The notes beneath the pieces were generated by a model. That model did no database searches, was not told the DNA's origin, and saw only the letters and a program-made list of their open reading frames with translations. Shown here piece after piece: positions 51,648-63,177 of a stretch of DNA of 64,000 nt (the first letter of the stretch is position 1; each line of letters starts with the position of its first letter). Both the position numbers and the translations under genes were made by a program. The stretch lies in the NCBI RefSeq assembly GCF_054482595.1, contig NZ_CM137008.1. One strand, written 5' to 3'.

Positions 51648-52573
51648 AAATTTCCCCTGAATTATTACAAATTTCCCCGGAAGTGCAGGACGCTTTAAAA
51701 AACAAAAAACCGGTTGTGGCGCTGGAATCGACCATTATTTCTCACGGGATGCCGTTCCCACAAAATGCCCAGACCGCAATTGAAGTTGAAGAAACTATTC
51801 GTAAACAGGGCGCTGTACCTGCCACTATCGCCATTATTGGCGGCGTGATGAAAGTTGGTTTAAGCAAAGAAGAAATTGAATTACTGGGTCGTGAAGGGCA
51901 TAACGTGACCAAAGTTAGTCGTCGCGATTTACCTTTTGTTGTTGCCGCCGGAAAAAATGGCGCAACCACTGTAGCTTCAACGATGATTATTGCGGCGCTT
52001 GCCGGAATTAAAGTATTTGCCACCGGGGGAATTGGTGGTGTGCATCGCGGGGCGGAACATACCTTCGATATTTCTGCCGATTTGCAAGAACTGGCAAATA
52101 CTAATGTCACCGTTGTTTGTGCCGGGGCGAAATCTATTCTCGATTTAGGATTAACCACTGAGTATTTAGAAACCTTCGGTGTGCCGTTAATTGGCTATCA
52201 GACTAAAGCGCTGCCTGCGTTTTTCTGCCGTACCAGCCCGTTTGACGTCAGCATTCGTCTCGACAGCGCCAGTGAAATTGCCCGTGCAATGGCGGTGAAA
52301 TGGCAAAGCGGGCTGAACGGTGGCCTCGTGGTAGCGAACCCGATCCCGGAACAGTTTGCGATGCCAGAACACACTATCAATGCGGCGATCGATCAGGCGG
52401 TAGCTGAAGCTGAAGCGCAGGGTGTTATTGGTAAAGAAAGTACGCCATTCCTGCTGGCGCGCGTTGCTGAACTGACCGGCGGTGACAGCCTGAAATCCAA
52501 CATCCAACTGGTGTTCAACAACGCCATTCTGGCGAGTGAAATTGCCAAAGAATACCAGCGTCTCGCGGGTTAA
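51635..52573 (+). CDS. psuG: Pseudouridine-5-prime-phosphate glycosidase
   Basis: 312 aa, [44 protein letters not shown]... Confidence 0.9.
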   Translation: [312 protein letters not shown]

Positions 52574-52666
52574 TTTCTGACGGGCAGAAAGCCGTCGCCC
52601 GTACTCATCAAACATACTAAAACCTGGCGCTGACGCCGGGTTTACTGGCATGAAGGGAAAATCATT

Positions 52667-53917
52667 ATGGACATAATGAGAAGTGTTGTGGGGATGGTGG
52701 TGTTACTGGCAATAGCATTTCTGTTGTCGGTAAATAAAAAGAGCATCAGTTTGCGCACGGTTGGAGCCGCACTGCTGCTGCAAATCGCTATTGGTGGCAT
52801 CATGCTCTATTTTCCGCCGGGAAAATGGGCAGTAGAACAGGCGGCATTAGGCGTTCATAAAGTGATGTCTTACAGTGATGCCGGTAGCGCCTTCATTTTT
52901 GGTTCGCTGGTCGGGCCGAAAATGGATGTCCTCTTTGACGGTGCGGGTTTTATCTTCGCCTTTCGCGTACTCCCGGCGATTATCTTCGTCACTGCGCTCA
53001 TTAGTCTGCTGTACTACATTGGCGTGATGGGGCTGCTGATTCGCATCCTTGGCAGCATTTTCCAGAAAGCCCTCAACATCAGCAAAATCGAATCTTTTGT
53101 TGCGGTTACCACTATTTTCCTCGGGCAAAATGAGATCCCGGCGATCGTTAAACCGTTTATCGATCGCATGAATCGCAACGAGTTGTTTACCGCAATTTGT
53201 AGCGGGATGGCGTCCATTGCGGGTTCGATGATGATTGGTTATGCCGGAATGGGCGTACCAATTGACTACCTGTTGGCGGCATCGCTGATGGCGATCCCCG
53301 GCGGTATTTTGTTTGCACGTATTCTTAGTCCGGCAACCGAGCCTTCGCAGGTCACATTTGAAAATCTGTCGTTCAGTGAAACGCCGCCAAAAAGCTTTAT
53401 CGAAGCGGCGGCGAGCGGTGCGATGACCGGGTTGAAAATCGCCGCCGGTGTGGCGACGGTGGTAATGGCGTTTGTCGCAATTATTGCGCTGATTAATGGC
53501 ATTATCGGCGGAATTGGCGGCTGGTTTGGTTTTACCAATGCTTCTCTGGAAAGTATTTTTGGCTATGTGCTGGCACCGCTGGCGTGGATCATGGGTGTGG
53601 ACTGGAGTGATGCCAACCTTGCGGGTAGCCTGATTGGGCAGAAACTGGCGATTAACGAATTCGTCGCTTACCTGAGTTTCTCCCCATACCTGCAAACGGG
53701 CGGCACGCTGGAAGTGAAAACCATTGCGATTATCTCCTTTGCGCTTTGTGGTTTTGCTAACTTTGGTTCTATCGGTGTTGTCGTTGGGGCATTTTCGGCT
53801 ATTTCGCCAAAACGTGCACCGGAAATCGCTCAGCTTGGTTTACGGGCGCTGGCAGCAGCAACGCTTTCCAACCTGATGAGCGCGACCATTGCCGGGTTCT
53901 TTATTGGTTTAGCTTGA
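52667..53917 (+). CDS. psuT: NupC-family nucleoside transporter (putative pseudouridine transporter)
   Basis: 416 aa, MDIMRSVVGMVVLLAIAFLLSVNKK...; close paralogue of nupX at 55854. Confidence 0.9.
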   Translation: MDIMRSVVGMVVLLAIAFLLSVNKKSISLRTVGAALLLQIAIGGIMLYFPPGKWAVEQAALGVHKVMSYSDAGSAFIFGSLVGPKMDVLFDGAGFIFAFRVLPAIIFVTALISLLYYIGVMGLLIRILGSIFQKALNISKIESFVAVTTIFLGQNEIPAIVKPFIDRMNRNELFTAICSGMASIAGSMMIGYAGMGVPIDYLLAASLMAIPGGILFARILSPATEPSQVTFENLSFSETPPKSFIEAAASGAMTGLKIAAGVATVVMAFVAIIALINGIIGGIGGWFGFTNASLESIFGYVLAPLAWIMGVDWSDANLAGSLIGQKLAINEFVAYLSFSPYLQTGGTLEVKTIAIISFALCGFANFGSIGVVVGAFSAISPKRAPEIAQLGLRALAAATLSNLMSATIAGFFIGLA

Positions 53918-53923
53918 GTTTCA

Positions 53924-53961
53924 TTGCCGGATGTACTCGCTTATTAAGCGTTGCATCCGGC
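53924..53961. repeat. REP-like palindromic element between convergent psuT and yeiL
   Basis: tgccggatgtactcgcttattaagcgttgcatccggca. Confidence 0.55.
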
Positions 53962-53984
53962 AATCGCGCTATTGCAAATAATTT

Positions 53985-54644
53985 TTACTGCATCATCCCG
54001 GAGAATTTATTCTCCGGGTCCATCTCCAGCGCCAGTCCTGACAACTGCTTTCTGTTTTTAATGAGATACCCTTTCTTGCTTTTAATTAATAAACCGTCGT
54101 GAATGAATTGCGCGAGAACATATAAAAGATGTCGATAAGAAACGCCTAAATACTCTGCCGCTTGCGTATGCTTTTCGTGATAAAGATCACCTTCTTGTGA
54201 GAGTAATATAAATGCTGCCAGGCGATTCACTAACGGAAATGATTGATTCTGAGTTAAAGAAACAATATTACGATAATTTTTATGACTTAAGGTGACGCAA
54301 AGTTTTCGTAAAAATAGGGTGTCGTTTAATAACAGCGGACGGTAATGTTTCATAGGGAGCGCAAGGCACCAACACTCTTCAATAGCCTGTACCGCACGCG
54401 GTTCATGGTCTTTATCGATTAACTCAATCTCACCAATAAAACAGGGGGCGGCAAAGAAATCGATCAGCGACACGCGACCATTAGCTAGCGTGGCGTAAAG
54501 CCTGGCGCGGCCTCGCGTCAGGTAAAACAGCCAGGACGGCTGTTGCCCTTCCTGCACAATGTAGTCACGCGCTAAAAAATGAAACAGCCGCGTATCGGCT
54601 GAAACATCCGTTAAAAAGCAATCCTTAAACGCGGATTCACTCAT
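53985..54644 (-). CDS. yeiL: CRP/FNR-family transcriptional regulator YeiL
   Basis: [23 protein letters not shown]...; cNMP-binding and HTH regions; 219 aa from internal ATG. Confidence 0.85.
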
Positions 54645-54812
54645 CAATTGCTGCTTAAGATCATTATTGTGGATTTCTTTCACGATGTTTATCCGCTATG
54701 AGATTTCTCATATTTAGCATACGTACGCTGTTGTTAAGATTCAATCATCGGCCCGATCGAAATTTCTTTGCTGTAGAAAAAATAACGCAACTGGAAACAG
54801 AGGAAATAAACA

Positions 54813-55754
54813 ATGGAAAAGAGAAAAATTATTCTGGATTGTGATCCGGGTCATGATGATGCTATTGCTATAATGATGGCGGCGAAACATCCGGCAATAG
54901 ATTTATTAGGCATCACTATTGTAGCGGGTAATCAGACGCTTGATAAAACATTAATTAATGGCCTGAATGTTTGCCAGAAACTGGAGATTAATGTTCCGGT
55001 TTATGCGGGGATGCCACAACCCATTATGCGGCAACAAATCGTTGCCGATAATATTCACGGTGATACCGGACTGGATGGCCCGGTATTCGAGCCGCTGACC
55101 CGCCAGGCAGAAAGCACTCATGCGGTGAAATACATCATTGATACCCTGATGGCAAGCGATGGCGATATCACTCTGGTGCCGGTTGGTCCGCTTTCAAATA
55201 TCGCGGTGGCAATGCGTATGCAACCCGCGATCCTGCCCAAAATCCGTGAAATTGTGCTAATGGGCGGCGCTTACGGTACAGGCAACTTCACGCCATCTGC
55301 CGAGTTCAACATCTTTGCTGACCCGGAAGCCGCACGCGTGGTGTTCACCTCTGGCGTTCCATTAGTGATGATGGGCCTCGATCTCACCAACCAGACCGTT
55401 TGCACCCCGGACGTGATTGCACGAATGGAAAGGGCAGGCGGCCCTGCCGGAGAGCTGTTCAGCGACATCATGAACTTCACTCTCAAAACCCAGTTCGAAA
55501 ACTACGGCCTGGCTGGCGGCCCGGTGCACGACGCCACCTGCATCGGTTATCTGATTAACCCTGATGGCATTAAAACCCAGGAGATGTACGTCGAAGTGGA
55601 CGTCAACAGTGGCCCTTGTTATGGGCGTACCGTCTGCGACGAGCTGGGCGTTCTTGGCAAGCCCGCTAATACCAAAGTCGGCATCACTATTGATACCGAC
55701 TGGTTCTGGGGCTTAGTCGAAGAGTGCGTGCGCGGCTACATCAAAACCCATTAA
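54813..55754 (+). CDS. rihB: Pyrimidine-specific ribonucleoside hydrolase RihB
   Basis: 313 aa, [23 protein letters not shown] (nucleoside hydrolase DXDXXXDD motif). Confidence 0.9.
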   Translation: MEKRKIILDCDPGHDDAIAIMMAAKHPAIDLLGITIVAGNQTLDKTLINGLNVCQKLEINVPVYAGMPQPIMRQQIVADNIHGDTGLDGPVFEPLTRQAESTHAVKYIIDTLMASDGDITLVPVGPLSNIAVAMRMQPAILPKIREIVLMGGAYGTGNFTPSAEFNIFADPEAARVVFTSGVPLVMMGLDLTNQTVCTPDVIARMERAGGPAGELFSDIMNFTLKTQFENYGLAGGPVHDATCIGYLINPDGIKTQEMYVEVDVNSGPCYGRTVCDELGVLGKPANTKVGITIDTDWFWGLVEECVRGYIKTH

Positions 55755-55853
55755 GTGTTGATAACAAGCCGGGCCGGTATCGCAAGATGCAGGCCTGGCT
55801 ATTTCTGATGGGCAGAAAGCCGTCGCCCAATATGACATGAAGAGATAATCACT

Positions 55854-57104
55854 ATGGATGTCATGAGAAGTGTTCTGGGAATGGTGGTATTGCTGACGAT
55901 TGCGTTTTTACTGTCAGTAAACAAGAAGAAGATCAGCCTGCGCACCGTTGGCGCGGCGTTAGTGTTACAGGTCGTGATTGGCGGCATTATGCTTTGGTTA
56001 CCGCCAGGGCGTTGGGTCGCTGAAAAAGTCGCTTTTGGCGTGCATAAAGTGATGGCGTACAGCGACGCGGGTAGCGCATTTATCTTCGGTTCTCTGGTCG
56101 GACCGAAAATGGACACCTTATTTGATGGCGCAGGATTTATCTTTGGTTTCAGAGTATTACCGGCAATTATCTTCGTCACCGCGCTGGTGAGTATTCTCTA
56201 TTACATCGGTGTGATGGGGATCTTAATTCGCATTCTCGGCGGTATCTTCCAGAAAGCATTAAATATCAGCAAGATCGAGTCATTCGTCGCGGTCACTACC
56301 ATTTTCCTCGGGCAAAACGAAATTCCGGCAATCGTCAAACCCTTTATCGATCGGCTGAATCGCAATGAATTATTTACAGCGATTTGTAGTGGCATGGCCT
56401 CAATTGCCGGTTCGACAATGATTGGTTACGCCGCACTGGGCGTACCTGTGGAATATTTGCTGGCGGCATCGTTAATGGCGATCCCAGGCGGGATCTTGTT
56501 TGCCCGCCTGCTAAGCCCGGCTACGGAATCTTCGCAGGTTTCTTTTAATAACCTCTCTTTCACCGAAACACCGCCAAAAAGCATTATTGAAGCCGCCGCG
56601 ACAGGGGCAATGACCGGGCTGAAAATCGCCGCAGGTGTGGCGACAGTAGTGATGGCATTCGTCGCCATCATTGCGTTAATTAACGGTATTATCGGCGGCG
56701 TTGGCGGCTGGTTTGGTTTTGAACATGCCTCGCTGGAGTCCATTGTAGGTTATCTGCTGGCCCCACTGGCGTGGGTAATGGGTGTTGACTGGAGTGATGC
56801 GAATCTTGCCGGGAGTTTGATTGGACAGAAACTGGCAATAAATGAATTTGTCGCTTATCTCAATTTCTCACCTTATCTGCAAACGGCTGGCACTCTGGAT
56901 GCTAAAACCGTGGCGATTATTTCCTTCGCGTTGTGCGGTTTCGCTAACTTTGGTTCTATCGGGGTGGTGGTGGGGGCGTTTTCTGCGGTTGCGCCACACC
57001 GTGCGCCGGAAATCGCCCAGCTTGGTTTACGCGCGCTGGCGGCGGCGACACTTTCTAACCTGATGAGTGCCACCATTGCCGGGTTCTTTATTGGTTTAGC
57101 GTAG
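55854..57104 (+). CDS. nupX: NupC-family nucleoside transporter NupX
   Basis: 416 aa, MDVMRSVLGMVVLLTIAFLLSVNKK..., paralogue of psuT. Confidence 0.9.
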   Translation: MDVMRSVLGMVVLLTIAFLLSVNKKKISLRTVGAALVLQVVIGGIMLWLPPGRWVAEKVAFGVHKVMAYSDAGSAFIFGSLVGPKMDTLFDGAGFIFGFRVLPAIIFVTALVSILYYIGVMGILIRILGGIFQKALNISKIESFVAVTTIFLGQNEIPAIVKPFIDRLNRNELFTAICSGMASIAGSTMIGYAALGVPVEYLLAASLMAIPGGILFARLLSPATESSQVSFNNLSFTETPPKSIIEAAATGAMTGLKIAAGVATVVMAFVAIIALINGIIGGVGGWFGFEHASLESIVGYLLAPLAWVMGVDWSDANLAGSLIGQKLAINEFVAYLNFSPYLQTAGTLDAKTVAIISFALCGFANFGSIGVVVGAFSAVAPHRAPEIAQLGLRALAAATLSNLMSATIAGFFIGLA

Positions 57105-57118
57105 TGTGCGATTTATGA

Positions 57119-57152
57119 GCCGGATAAGATGCGGTCAAGCGTCGAATCCGGC
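57119..57152. repeat. REP-like palindromic element between nupX and yeiI
   Basis: gccggataagatgcggtcaagcgtcgaatccggc. Confidence 0.55.
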
Positions 57153-57159
57153 AACATTG

Positions 57160-58248
57160 TTACACCATTGGCACTAATGAAAGCGCGTTATCGGCAGACA
57201 GGGTAGGGTTGTTTAAGCTGCCGCTGGCGCGTGAAATTGCCGCGCAGGCCATCGCAAAACGGGCGCTGTCACGGAAATTGTTTCCTTCCAGAAAGCTATA
57301 TACCAGGCCCGCCATAAAACCATCGTCAGCACCAAAACTGTCTACTGTCGTATGCGCTGGTGCGGTCAGCAAAAATTGTTCTCCATCCTTTTCGCTGCAA
57401 TAAACTGACTCATCGGGCAAATAAACAAACAGTTGCTGAACACCTTGCTGATGCAACGCATTCACTGCAGCATTACGGTCAGCATCGCTGGTGATCGCCT
57501 GTCCCCATAAAATTTCCAGCTCCGGTAAAGTGGGTTTCAGGGTGTGAATATGCGCCAGCCAGTGTTTGATTTTGCCCGCTTTGAATTCTGAAACGGTATC
57601 GACAAACACCGGGATCTCACCAGCGAGGGTAAAGACCCATTCCAGCGCCTCGGCTGTCAGGTTGCAATCAGCCAGTACCACGCCCGCATGACGAAGTAAA
57701 TCGCGCGACCCGTTCAATAATTGCGGCGATAACTGTTCCAGCAGATGGGTATCGTTAATCGCCAGCACGGTTTCATCGTCTCGATTGGCAATTGCCAGAT
57801 ACGTCGATGTGCTTTGACCATGTAAACGAACGCAGCCGGAGACATTCACGCCGGCGCGGCGCGTTTCTTCCAGGAGCATTTCGCCATAAAAGTCATCGCC
57901 AATCACTGAAAGCAAATGGACGTCACGGCCTAACAGCGCCAGATTGTGGGCGATGTTGCGTCCCACGCCGCCCGCTGAGCAATGAATTGTACCGGGATGA
58001 GAAGCCGATTGCGGGTAACGGATATCCGCCATCCCGCGAATATCCATATTGATTGTCCCCACCACTACGCAGTATTCCTGCTCGGTGAGAATGTAACCTT
58101 TGCCTTTAATCCGGCCTTTGCGCATTAAATCCATAATATGCGCCGCAACGCGCGAACGACTGATTTGCAGCATGTCCGCAATTTCGTTCTGCTGAATCAG
58201 CGGGTTACGCCGTAAAATTGCAAGGATCTCCTTTTCCCGGTTATTCAT
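57160..58248 (-). CDS. yeiI: Sugar kinase with N-terminal HTH (YeiI)
   Basis: 362 aa, MNNREKEILAILRRNPLIQQNEIADMLQISRSRV... then pfkB-like kinase. Confidence 0.85.
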   Translation of the reverse strand: MNNREKEILAILRRNPLIQQNEIADMLQISRSRVAAHIMDLMRKGRIKGKGYILTEQEYCVVVGTINMDIRGMADIRYPQSASHPGTIHCSAGGVGRNIAHNLALLGRDVHLLSVIGDDFYGEMLLEETRRAGVNVSGCVRLHGQSTSTYLAIANRDDETVLAINDTHLLEQLSPQLLNGSRDLLRHAGVVLADCNLTAEALEWVFTLAGEIPVFVDTVSEFKAGKIKHWLAHIHTLKPTLPELEILWGQAITSDADRNAAVNALHQQGVQQLFVYLPDESVYCSEKDGEQFLLTAPAHTTVDSFGADDGFMAGLVYSFLEGNNFRDSARFAMACAAISRASGSLNNPTLSADNALSLVPMV

Positions 58249-58250
58249 CT

Positions 58251-59108
58251 TCAGGCTACCGCTTTTTCAGTTTGTTGCGCTTTCAGCCAGGCGATCTCTT
58301 CTGCCCAGATATCCGGGTTGATGGTTTCGAGGATCAGCGGAATGCCGTCGAAACGGTCGTCCTGCATGATCCAGCGGAACGCATCATGACCGATATTGCC
58401 TTCACCGAGGCTATGATGGCGGTCAACGCGGCTGCCAAAGGTGCTTTTCGCATCGTTAAGGTGCATCCCGCGCAGATACTTAAAGCCAACAATACGGGCA
58501 AAATCCGCGAACGTTTTCTCGCATTCGGCTGGAGTACGCAAATCATACCCGGCAGCGAAAGCATGGCAGGTATCAATGCAGACGCCGACACGGGATTTAT
58601 CTTCCACGCCGTCGATAATCGCCGCGAGATGTTCGAATTTAAACCCTAAGTTACTGCCCTGACCGGCGGTATTTTCAATCACCGCGGTCACACCTTGAGT
58701 TTTATCCAGCGCAATGTTGATGGATTCGGCAATACGCGCAAGGCAATCCTCTTCTGAAATCTGCATCAGATGGCTGCCAGGGTGGAAGTTGAGCAAAGAA
58801 AGCCCCAGCTGTTCGCAACGCTGCATTTCATCTATAAAGGCATCGCGCGATTTTTCCAGAGCTTCAGTGACCGGATGTCCGAGGTTAATCAGATAGCTGT
58901 CGTGGGGAAGAATTTGCGCCGATGTGTAGTGATATTTTTCACAGGCGGCTTTGAATTCATCGATGGTTTGCGTCGTGAGCGGCGCGGCACGCCACTGACG
59001 TTGGTTTTTGGTGAACAAGGCAAACGCGGTTGCGTCGATTTCGGCGGCGCGAATTGCGGCATTTGCCAGACCGCCAGCAGCACTAACGTGCGCTCCAATG
59101 TATTTCAT
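58251..59108 (-). CDS. nfo: Endonuclease IV
   Basis: 285 aa, [39 protein letters not shown]... Confidence 0.92.
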   Translation of the reverse strand: MKYIGAHVSAAGGLANAAIRAAEIDATAFALFTKNQRQWRAAPLTTQTIDEFKAACEKYHYTSAQILPHDSYLINLGHPVTEALEKSRDAFIDEMQRCEQLGLSLLNFHPGSHLMQISEEDCLARIAESINIALDKTQGVTAVIENTAGQGSNLGFKFEHLAAIIDGVEDKSRVGVCIDTCHAFAAGYDLRTPAECEKTFADFARIVGFKYLRGMHLNDAKSTFGSRVDRHHSLGEGNIGHDAFRWIMQDDRFDGIPLILETINPDIWAEEIAWLKAQQTEKAVA

Positions 59109-59181
59109 GCGAGGACTCCTGTTAAACCCGCTGGAGGAAAACGGTAATGATAGCGGGTTAACAGGAGCAAGATGTAGTGGT

Positions 59182-60231
59182 TTATGCGATGACGCTTTGA
59201 ATCACATAGTTAATCGCACCACCACCAACAATCAGCCAGGCAAACAGTACCAGTGCCATCAGCAGAGGTTTCGCCCCGGCTTTTTTCAGCGCGCTGACGT
59301 GAGTGGTCAGACCCAGCGCCGCCATCGCCATTGCCAGCAGGAAGGTATCCAGCGTTACCAGCATGTTCACCACGCTCTGCGGTAACAGGTGGAACGAGTT
59401 AAAGATGGCAACTACGATGAACAAGATGGCAAACCACGGAATAGTGATTTTGCTTTTCTCGCCGCTGTTCGCCCCAGACAGCTGTTTAACACGCGCCGCC
59501 AGCAGGATGAGGAACGGAGCCAGCATCATCACGCGCAGCATTTTGGAAATAACTGCTGCGTTTTCCGCATCCGGGCTGATGGCATGACCTGCCGCCACCA
59601 CCTGCGCCACTTCGTGCACAGTAGAACCAATGTAGATACCGAAAGTTTCCGGACTAAACCATTGAGACATCAGCGGATATATCGCCGGGTAGAGGAAAAT
59701 CGCGACGGTCCCGAAGATAACAACGGTTGCAACAGCCACGGTTACTTTACTGGCTTCCGCTTTCACTACCGGCTCAGTCGCCAGTACCGCTGCAGCACCA
59801 CAGATACTGCTACCGGCACCGATCAACCAGCTGGTGTGCTTATCCAGACCAAACACTTTCTGCCCCAGGAAGCAAGCCAGCAGGAAGGTACTGGACAGCG
59901 TCAACACGTCAATGATGATCCCACTGATACCGACATCGGCAATTTGCGAGAACGTCAGACGGAAGCCATAAAGAATGATACCCAGACGTAATAAATATTG
60001 CTTGGCAAACAGCACACCACCGTCACAGCTTTTCCAGATGTGCGGATAGATGGTGTTGCCTAAAACCATCCCCAACAAGATTGCGAGGGTGAGGGCACTA
60101 AACCCGGCACCCGCAACCGCGGGAATGGAACCACCCCACAGGGCGACCCCGGTGATAACTGCACTCAGGGCTAACCCCGGAATAAAATGCCACAGTGTAC
60201 GATGTTGTTTCTGTAAGGTGATATTCGTCAT
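59182..60231 (-). CDS. yeiH: UPF0324 inner membrane protein YeiH
   Basis: 349 aa polytopic membrane protein, divergent from yeiE. Confidence 0.85.
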   Translation of the reverse strand: MTNITLQKQHRTLWHFIPGLALSAVITGVALWGGSIPAVAGAGFSALTLAILLGMVLGNTIYPHIWKSCDGGVLFAKQYLLRLGIILYGFRLTFSQIADVGISGIIIDVLTLSSTFLLACFLGQKVFGLDKHTSWLIGAGSSICGAAAVLATEPVVKAEASKVTVAVATVVIFGTVAIFLYPAIYPLMSQWFSPETFGIYIGSTVHEVAQVVAAGHAISPDAENAAVISKMLRVMMLAPFLILLAARVKQLSGANSGEKSKITIPWFAILFIVVAIFNSFHLLPQSVVNMLVTLDTFLLAMAMAALGLTTHVSALKKAGAKPLLMALVLFAWLIVGGGAINYVIQSVIA

Positions 60232-60329
60232 AACCCTCTCCTTTAACCGGGCATAAGGTTACGACTAACTGGTTTAAAAATAAAATTGATTATATATTTA
60301 TAATTAATCTTTATAAGTGGTAAGCGACT

Positions 60330-61211
60330 ATGCACATCACCCTCCGGCAGTTGGAAGTTTTTGCAGAAGTATTGAAAAGTGGATCAACCACCCAGGCGTC
60401 GGTGATGCTGGCGTTGTCGCAATCAGCAGTGAGCGCAGCCTTGACCGACCTGGAAGGGCAGCTTGGCGTGCAACTGTTTGATCGCGTGGGGAAAAGACTG
60501 GTTGTTAATGAACACGGGCGGCTGCTCTATCCGCGTGCGTTGGCATTGCTTGAACAGGCGGTTGAAATCGAACAACTGTTTCGCGAAGACAACGGCGCGA
60601 TTCGTATCTATGCCAGTAGTACCATCGGTAACTACATTCTGCCTGCAGTTATCGCCCGTTATCGCCATGATTATCCGCAGTTGCCGATTGAACTTAGCGT
60701 TGGGAACAGCCAGGACGTGATGCAAGCGGTGCTGGATTTCCGCGTTGATATTGGCTTTATTGAAGGACCGTGCCACAGCACTGAAATCATTTCTGAACCG
60801 TGGCTGGAAGACGAGCTGGTGGTTTTCGCCGCGCCGACTTCGCCATTGGCTCGTGGTCCGGTCACCTTAGAACAGCTGGCCGCTGCGCCGTGGATCCTGC
60901 GTGAACGCGGCTCCGGCACGCGGGAGATTGTCGATTATCTGTTGCTGTCACATTTACCGAAGTTTGAGATGGCGATGGAATTAGGTAACTCCGAGGCAAT
61001 CAAACATGCGGTGCGTCATGGGTTGGGAATTAGTTGCCTGTCGCGACGGGTGATTGAAGACCAATTGCAGGCAGGCACATTAAGTGAAGTTGCGGTCCCT
61101 CTGCCGCGCCTGATGCGTACGTTGTGGCGTATACATCATCGGCAAAAACACCTTTCCAACGCGCTACGGCGCTTTCTGGACTATTGCGATCCCGCGAATG
61201 TCCCGCGTTAA
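60330..61211 (+). CDS. yeiE: LysR-family transcriptional regulator YeiE
   Basis: 293 aa, [24 protein letters not shown]... HTH then LysR substrate domain. Confidence 0.88.
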
Positions 61212-61415
61212 GTTGCTGTACAAGAACATGCTGGTGCTGTGTCGATTTCGTGACGCAGCGCCTTCAGCATGCATTCGCCAGAAAAGAGATTGGCTGCTTT
61301 ACTTATAATCCCTGGGCGATCATGAAGGTGTCTTATAACCGTGTATTTCTGCCGGAAGGATTGCCAATCGTCTGCTACAATCGCGCCTCATTTTTTAGAT
61401 GGATAGCATTTTTGT

Positions 61416-62885
61416 ATGGTTTCGGAAACTAAAACCACAGAAGCGCCGGGCTTACGCCGTGAATTAAAGGCGCGTCACCTGACGATGATTGCCATTGGTG
61501 GTTCCATCGGTACAGGTCTTTTTGTTGCCTCTGGCGCAACGATTTCTCAGGCAGGTCCGGGCGGGGCATTGCTCTCGTATATGTTGATTGGCCTGATGGT
61601 TTACTTCCTGATGACCAGTCTCGGTGAACTGGCTGCATATATGCCGGTTTCCGGTTCGTTTGCCACTTACGGTCAGAACTATGTCGAAGAAGGCTTTGGC
61701 TTCGCGCTGGGCTGGAACTACTGGTACAACTGGGCGGTGACTATTGCCGTTGACCTGGTTGCAGCTCAGCTGGTCATGAGCTGGTGGTTCCCGGATACAC
61801 CGGGCTGGATCTGGAGTGCGTTGTTCCTCGGCGTTATCTTCCTGCTGAACTACATCTCTGTTCGCGGCTTTGGTGAAGCGGAATACTGGTTCTCACTGAT
61901 CAAAGTCACGACAGTTATTGTCTTTATCATCGTTGGCGTGCTGATGATTATCGGTATCTTCAAAGGCGCGCAGCCTGCGGGCTGGAGCAACTGGACAATC
62001 GGCGAAGCGCCGTTTGCTGGTGGTTTTGCGGCGATGATCGGCGTAGCTATGATTGTCGGCTTCTCTTTCCAGGGAACCGAGCTGATCGGTATTGCTGCAG
62101 GCGAGTCCGAAGATCCGGCGAAAAACATTCCACGCGCGGTACGTCAGGTGTTCTGGCGAATCCTGTTGTTCTATGTGTTCGCGATCCTGATTATCAGCCT
62201 GATTATTCCGTACACCGATCCGAGCCTGCTGCGTAACGATGTTAAAGACATCAGCGTTAGTCCGTTCACCCTGGTGTTCCAGCACGCGGGTCTGCTCTCT
62301 GCGGCGGCGGTGATGAACGCAGTTATTCTGACGGCGGTGCTGTCAGCGGGTAACTCCGGTATGTATGCGTCTACTCGTATGCTGTACACCCTGGCGTGTG
62401 ACGGTAAAGCGCCGCGCATTTTCGCTAAACTGTCGCGTGGTGGCGTGCCGCGTAATGCGCTGTATGCGACGACGGTGATTGCCGGTCTGTGCTTCCTGAC
62501 CTCCATGTTTGGCAACCAGACGGTATACCTGTGGCTGCTGAACACCTCCGGGATGACCGGTTTTATCGCCTGGCTGGGGATTGCCATTAGCCACTATCGC
62601 TTCCGTCGCGGTTACGTATTGCAGGGACACGACATTAACGATCTGCCGTACCGTTCAGGTTTCTTCCCACTGGGTCCGATCTTCGCATTCATTCTGTGTC
62701 TGATTATCACTTTGGGCCAGAACTACGAAGCATTCCTGAAAGATACCATTGACTGGGGCGGCGTAGCGGCAACGTATATTGGTATCCCGCTGTTCCTGAT
62801 TATTTGGTTCGGCTACAAGCTGATTAAAGGAACCCACTTCGTACGCTACAGCGAAATGAAGTTCCCGCAGAACGATAAGAAATAA
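61416..62885 (+). CDS. lysP: Lysine-specific permease (APC family)
   Basis: 489 aa, MVSETKTTEAPGLRRELKARHLTMIAIGGSIGTGLFVASG... Confidence 0.92.
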   Translation: MVSETKTTEAPGLRRELKARHLTMIAIGGSIGTGLFVASGATISQAGPGGALLSYMLIGLMVYFLMTSLGELAAYMPVSGSFATYGQNYVEEGFGFALGWNYWYNWAVTIAVDLVAAQLVMSWWFPDTPGWIWSALFLGVIFLLNYISVRGFGEAEYWFSLIKVTTVIVFIIVGVLMIIGIFKGAQPAGWSNWTIGEAPFAGGFAAMIGVAMIVGFSFQGTELIGIAAGESEDPAKNIPRAVRQVFWRILLFYVFAILIISLIIPYTDPSLLRNDVKDISVSPFTLVFQHAGLLSAAAVMNAVILTAVLSAGNSGMYASTRMLYTLACDGKAPRIFAKLSRGGVPRNALYATTVIAGLCFLTSMFGNQTVYLWLLNTSGMTGFIAWLGIAISHYRFRRGYVLQGHDINDLPYRSGFFPLGPIFAFILCLIITLGQNYEAFLKDTIDWGGVAATYIGIPLFLIIWFGYKLIKGTHFVRYSEMKFPQNDKK

Positions 62886-62904
62886 GTTTCTCCCTTCCTT
62901 GCTA

Positions 62905-62931
62905 AGCCCTCTCAACCGAGAGGGCTTTTTC
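62905..62931 (+). terminator. lysP rho-independent terminator
   Basis: agccctctc aacc gagagggct ttttt. Confidence 0.7.
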
Positions 62932-62977
62932 AATTCCATTTCCCTGACAAATCATGCGGATATAAAATTTAACATTT

Positions 62978-63012
62978 GGATTGATAATTGTTATCGTTTG
63001 CATTATCGTTAC
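62978..63012. promoter_or_regulatory. Fur box(es) in cirA promoter
   Basis: ttggattgataattgttatcgtttgcattatcgtta contains overlapping GATAAT/ATTATC hexamers matching the Fur consensus GATAATGATAATCATTATC. Confidence 0.6.
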
Positions 63013-63177
63013 GCCGCAATCAAAAAAGGCTGACAAATCAGAGGCTGTTCCGGCTTTCTGGGATGATCACCTGCATACAAATAAGTCCACCGCGATGCTG
63101 CCGTACGCAAGGGGACGTGAAGAAGATGTGAGCGATAACCCATTTTATTTTCGTAGTTACCTCATGGAGATATGGAA

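Noticed and set aside
52847-53695. 282-codon minus-strand ORF
   Set aside because: Antisense to psuT; translation rich in Arg/His/Gln, typical of a non-coding frame.
59389-59991. 200-codon plus-strand ORF
   Set aside because: Antisense to yeiH.
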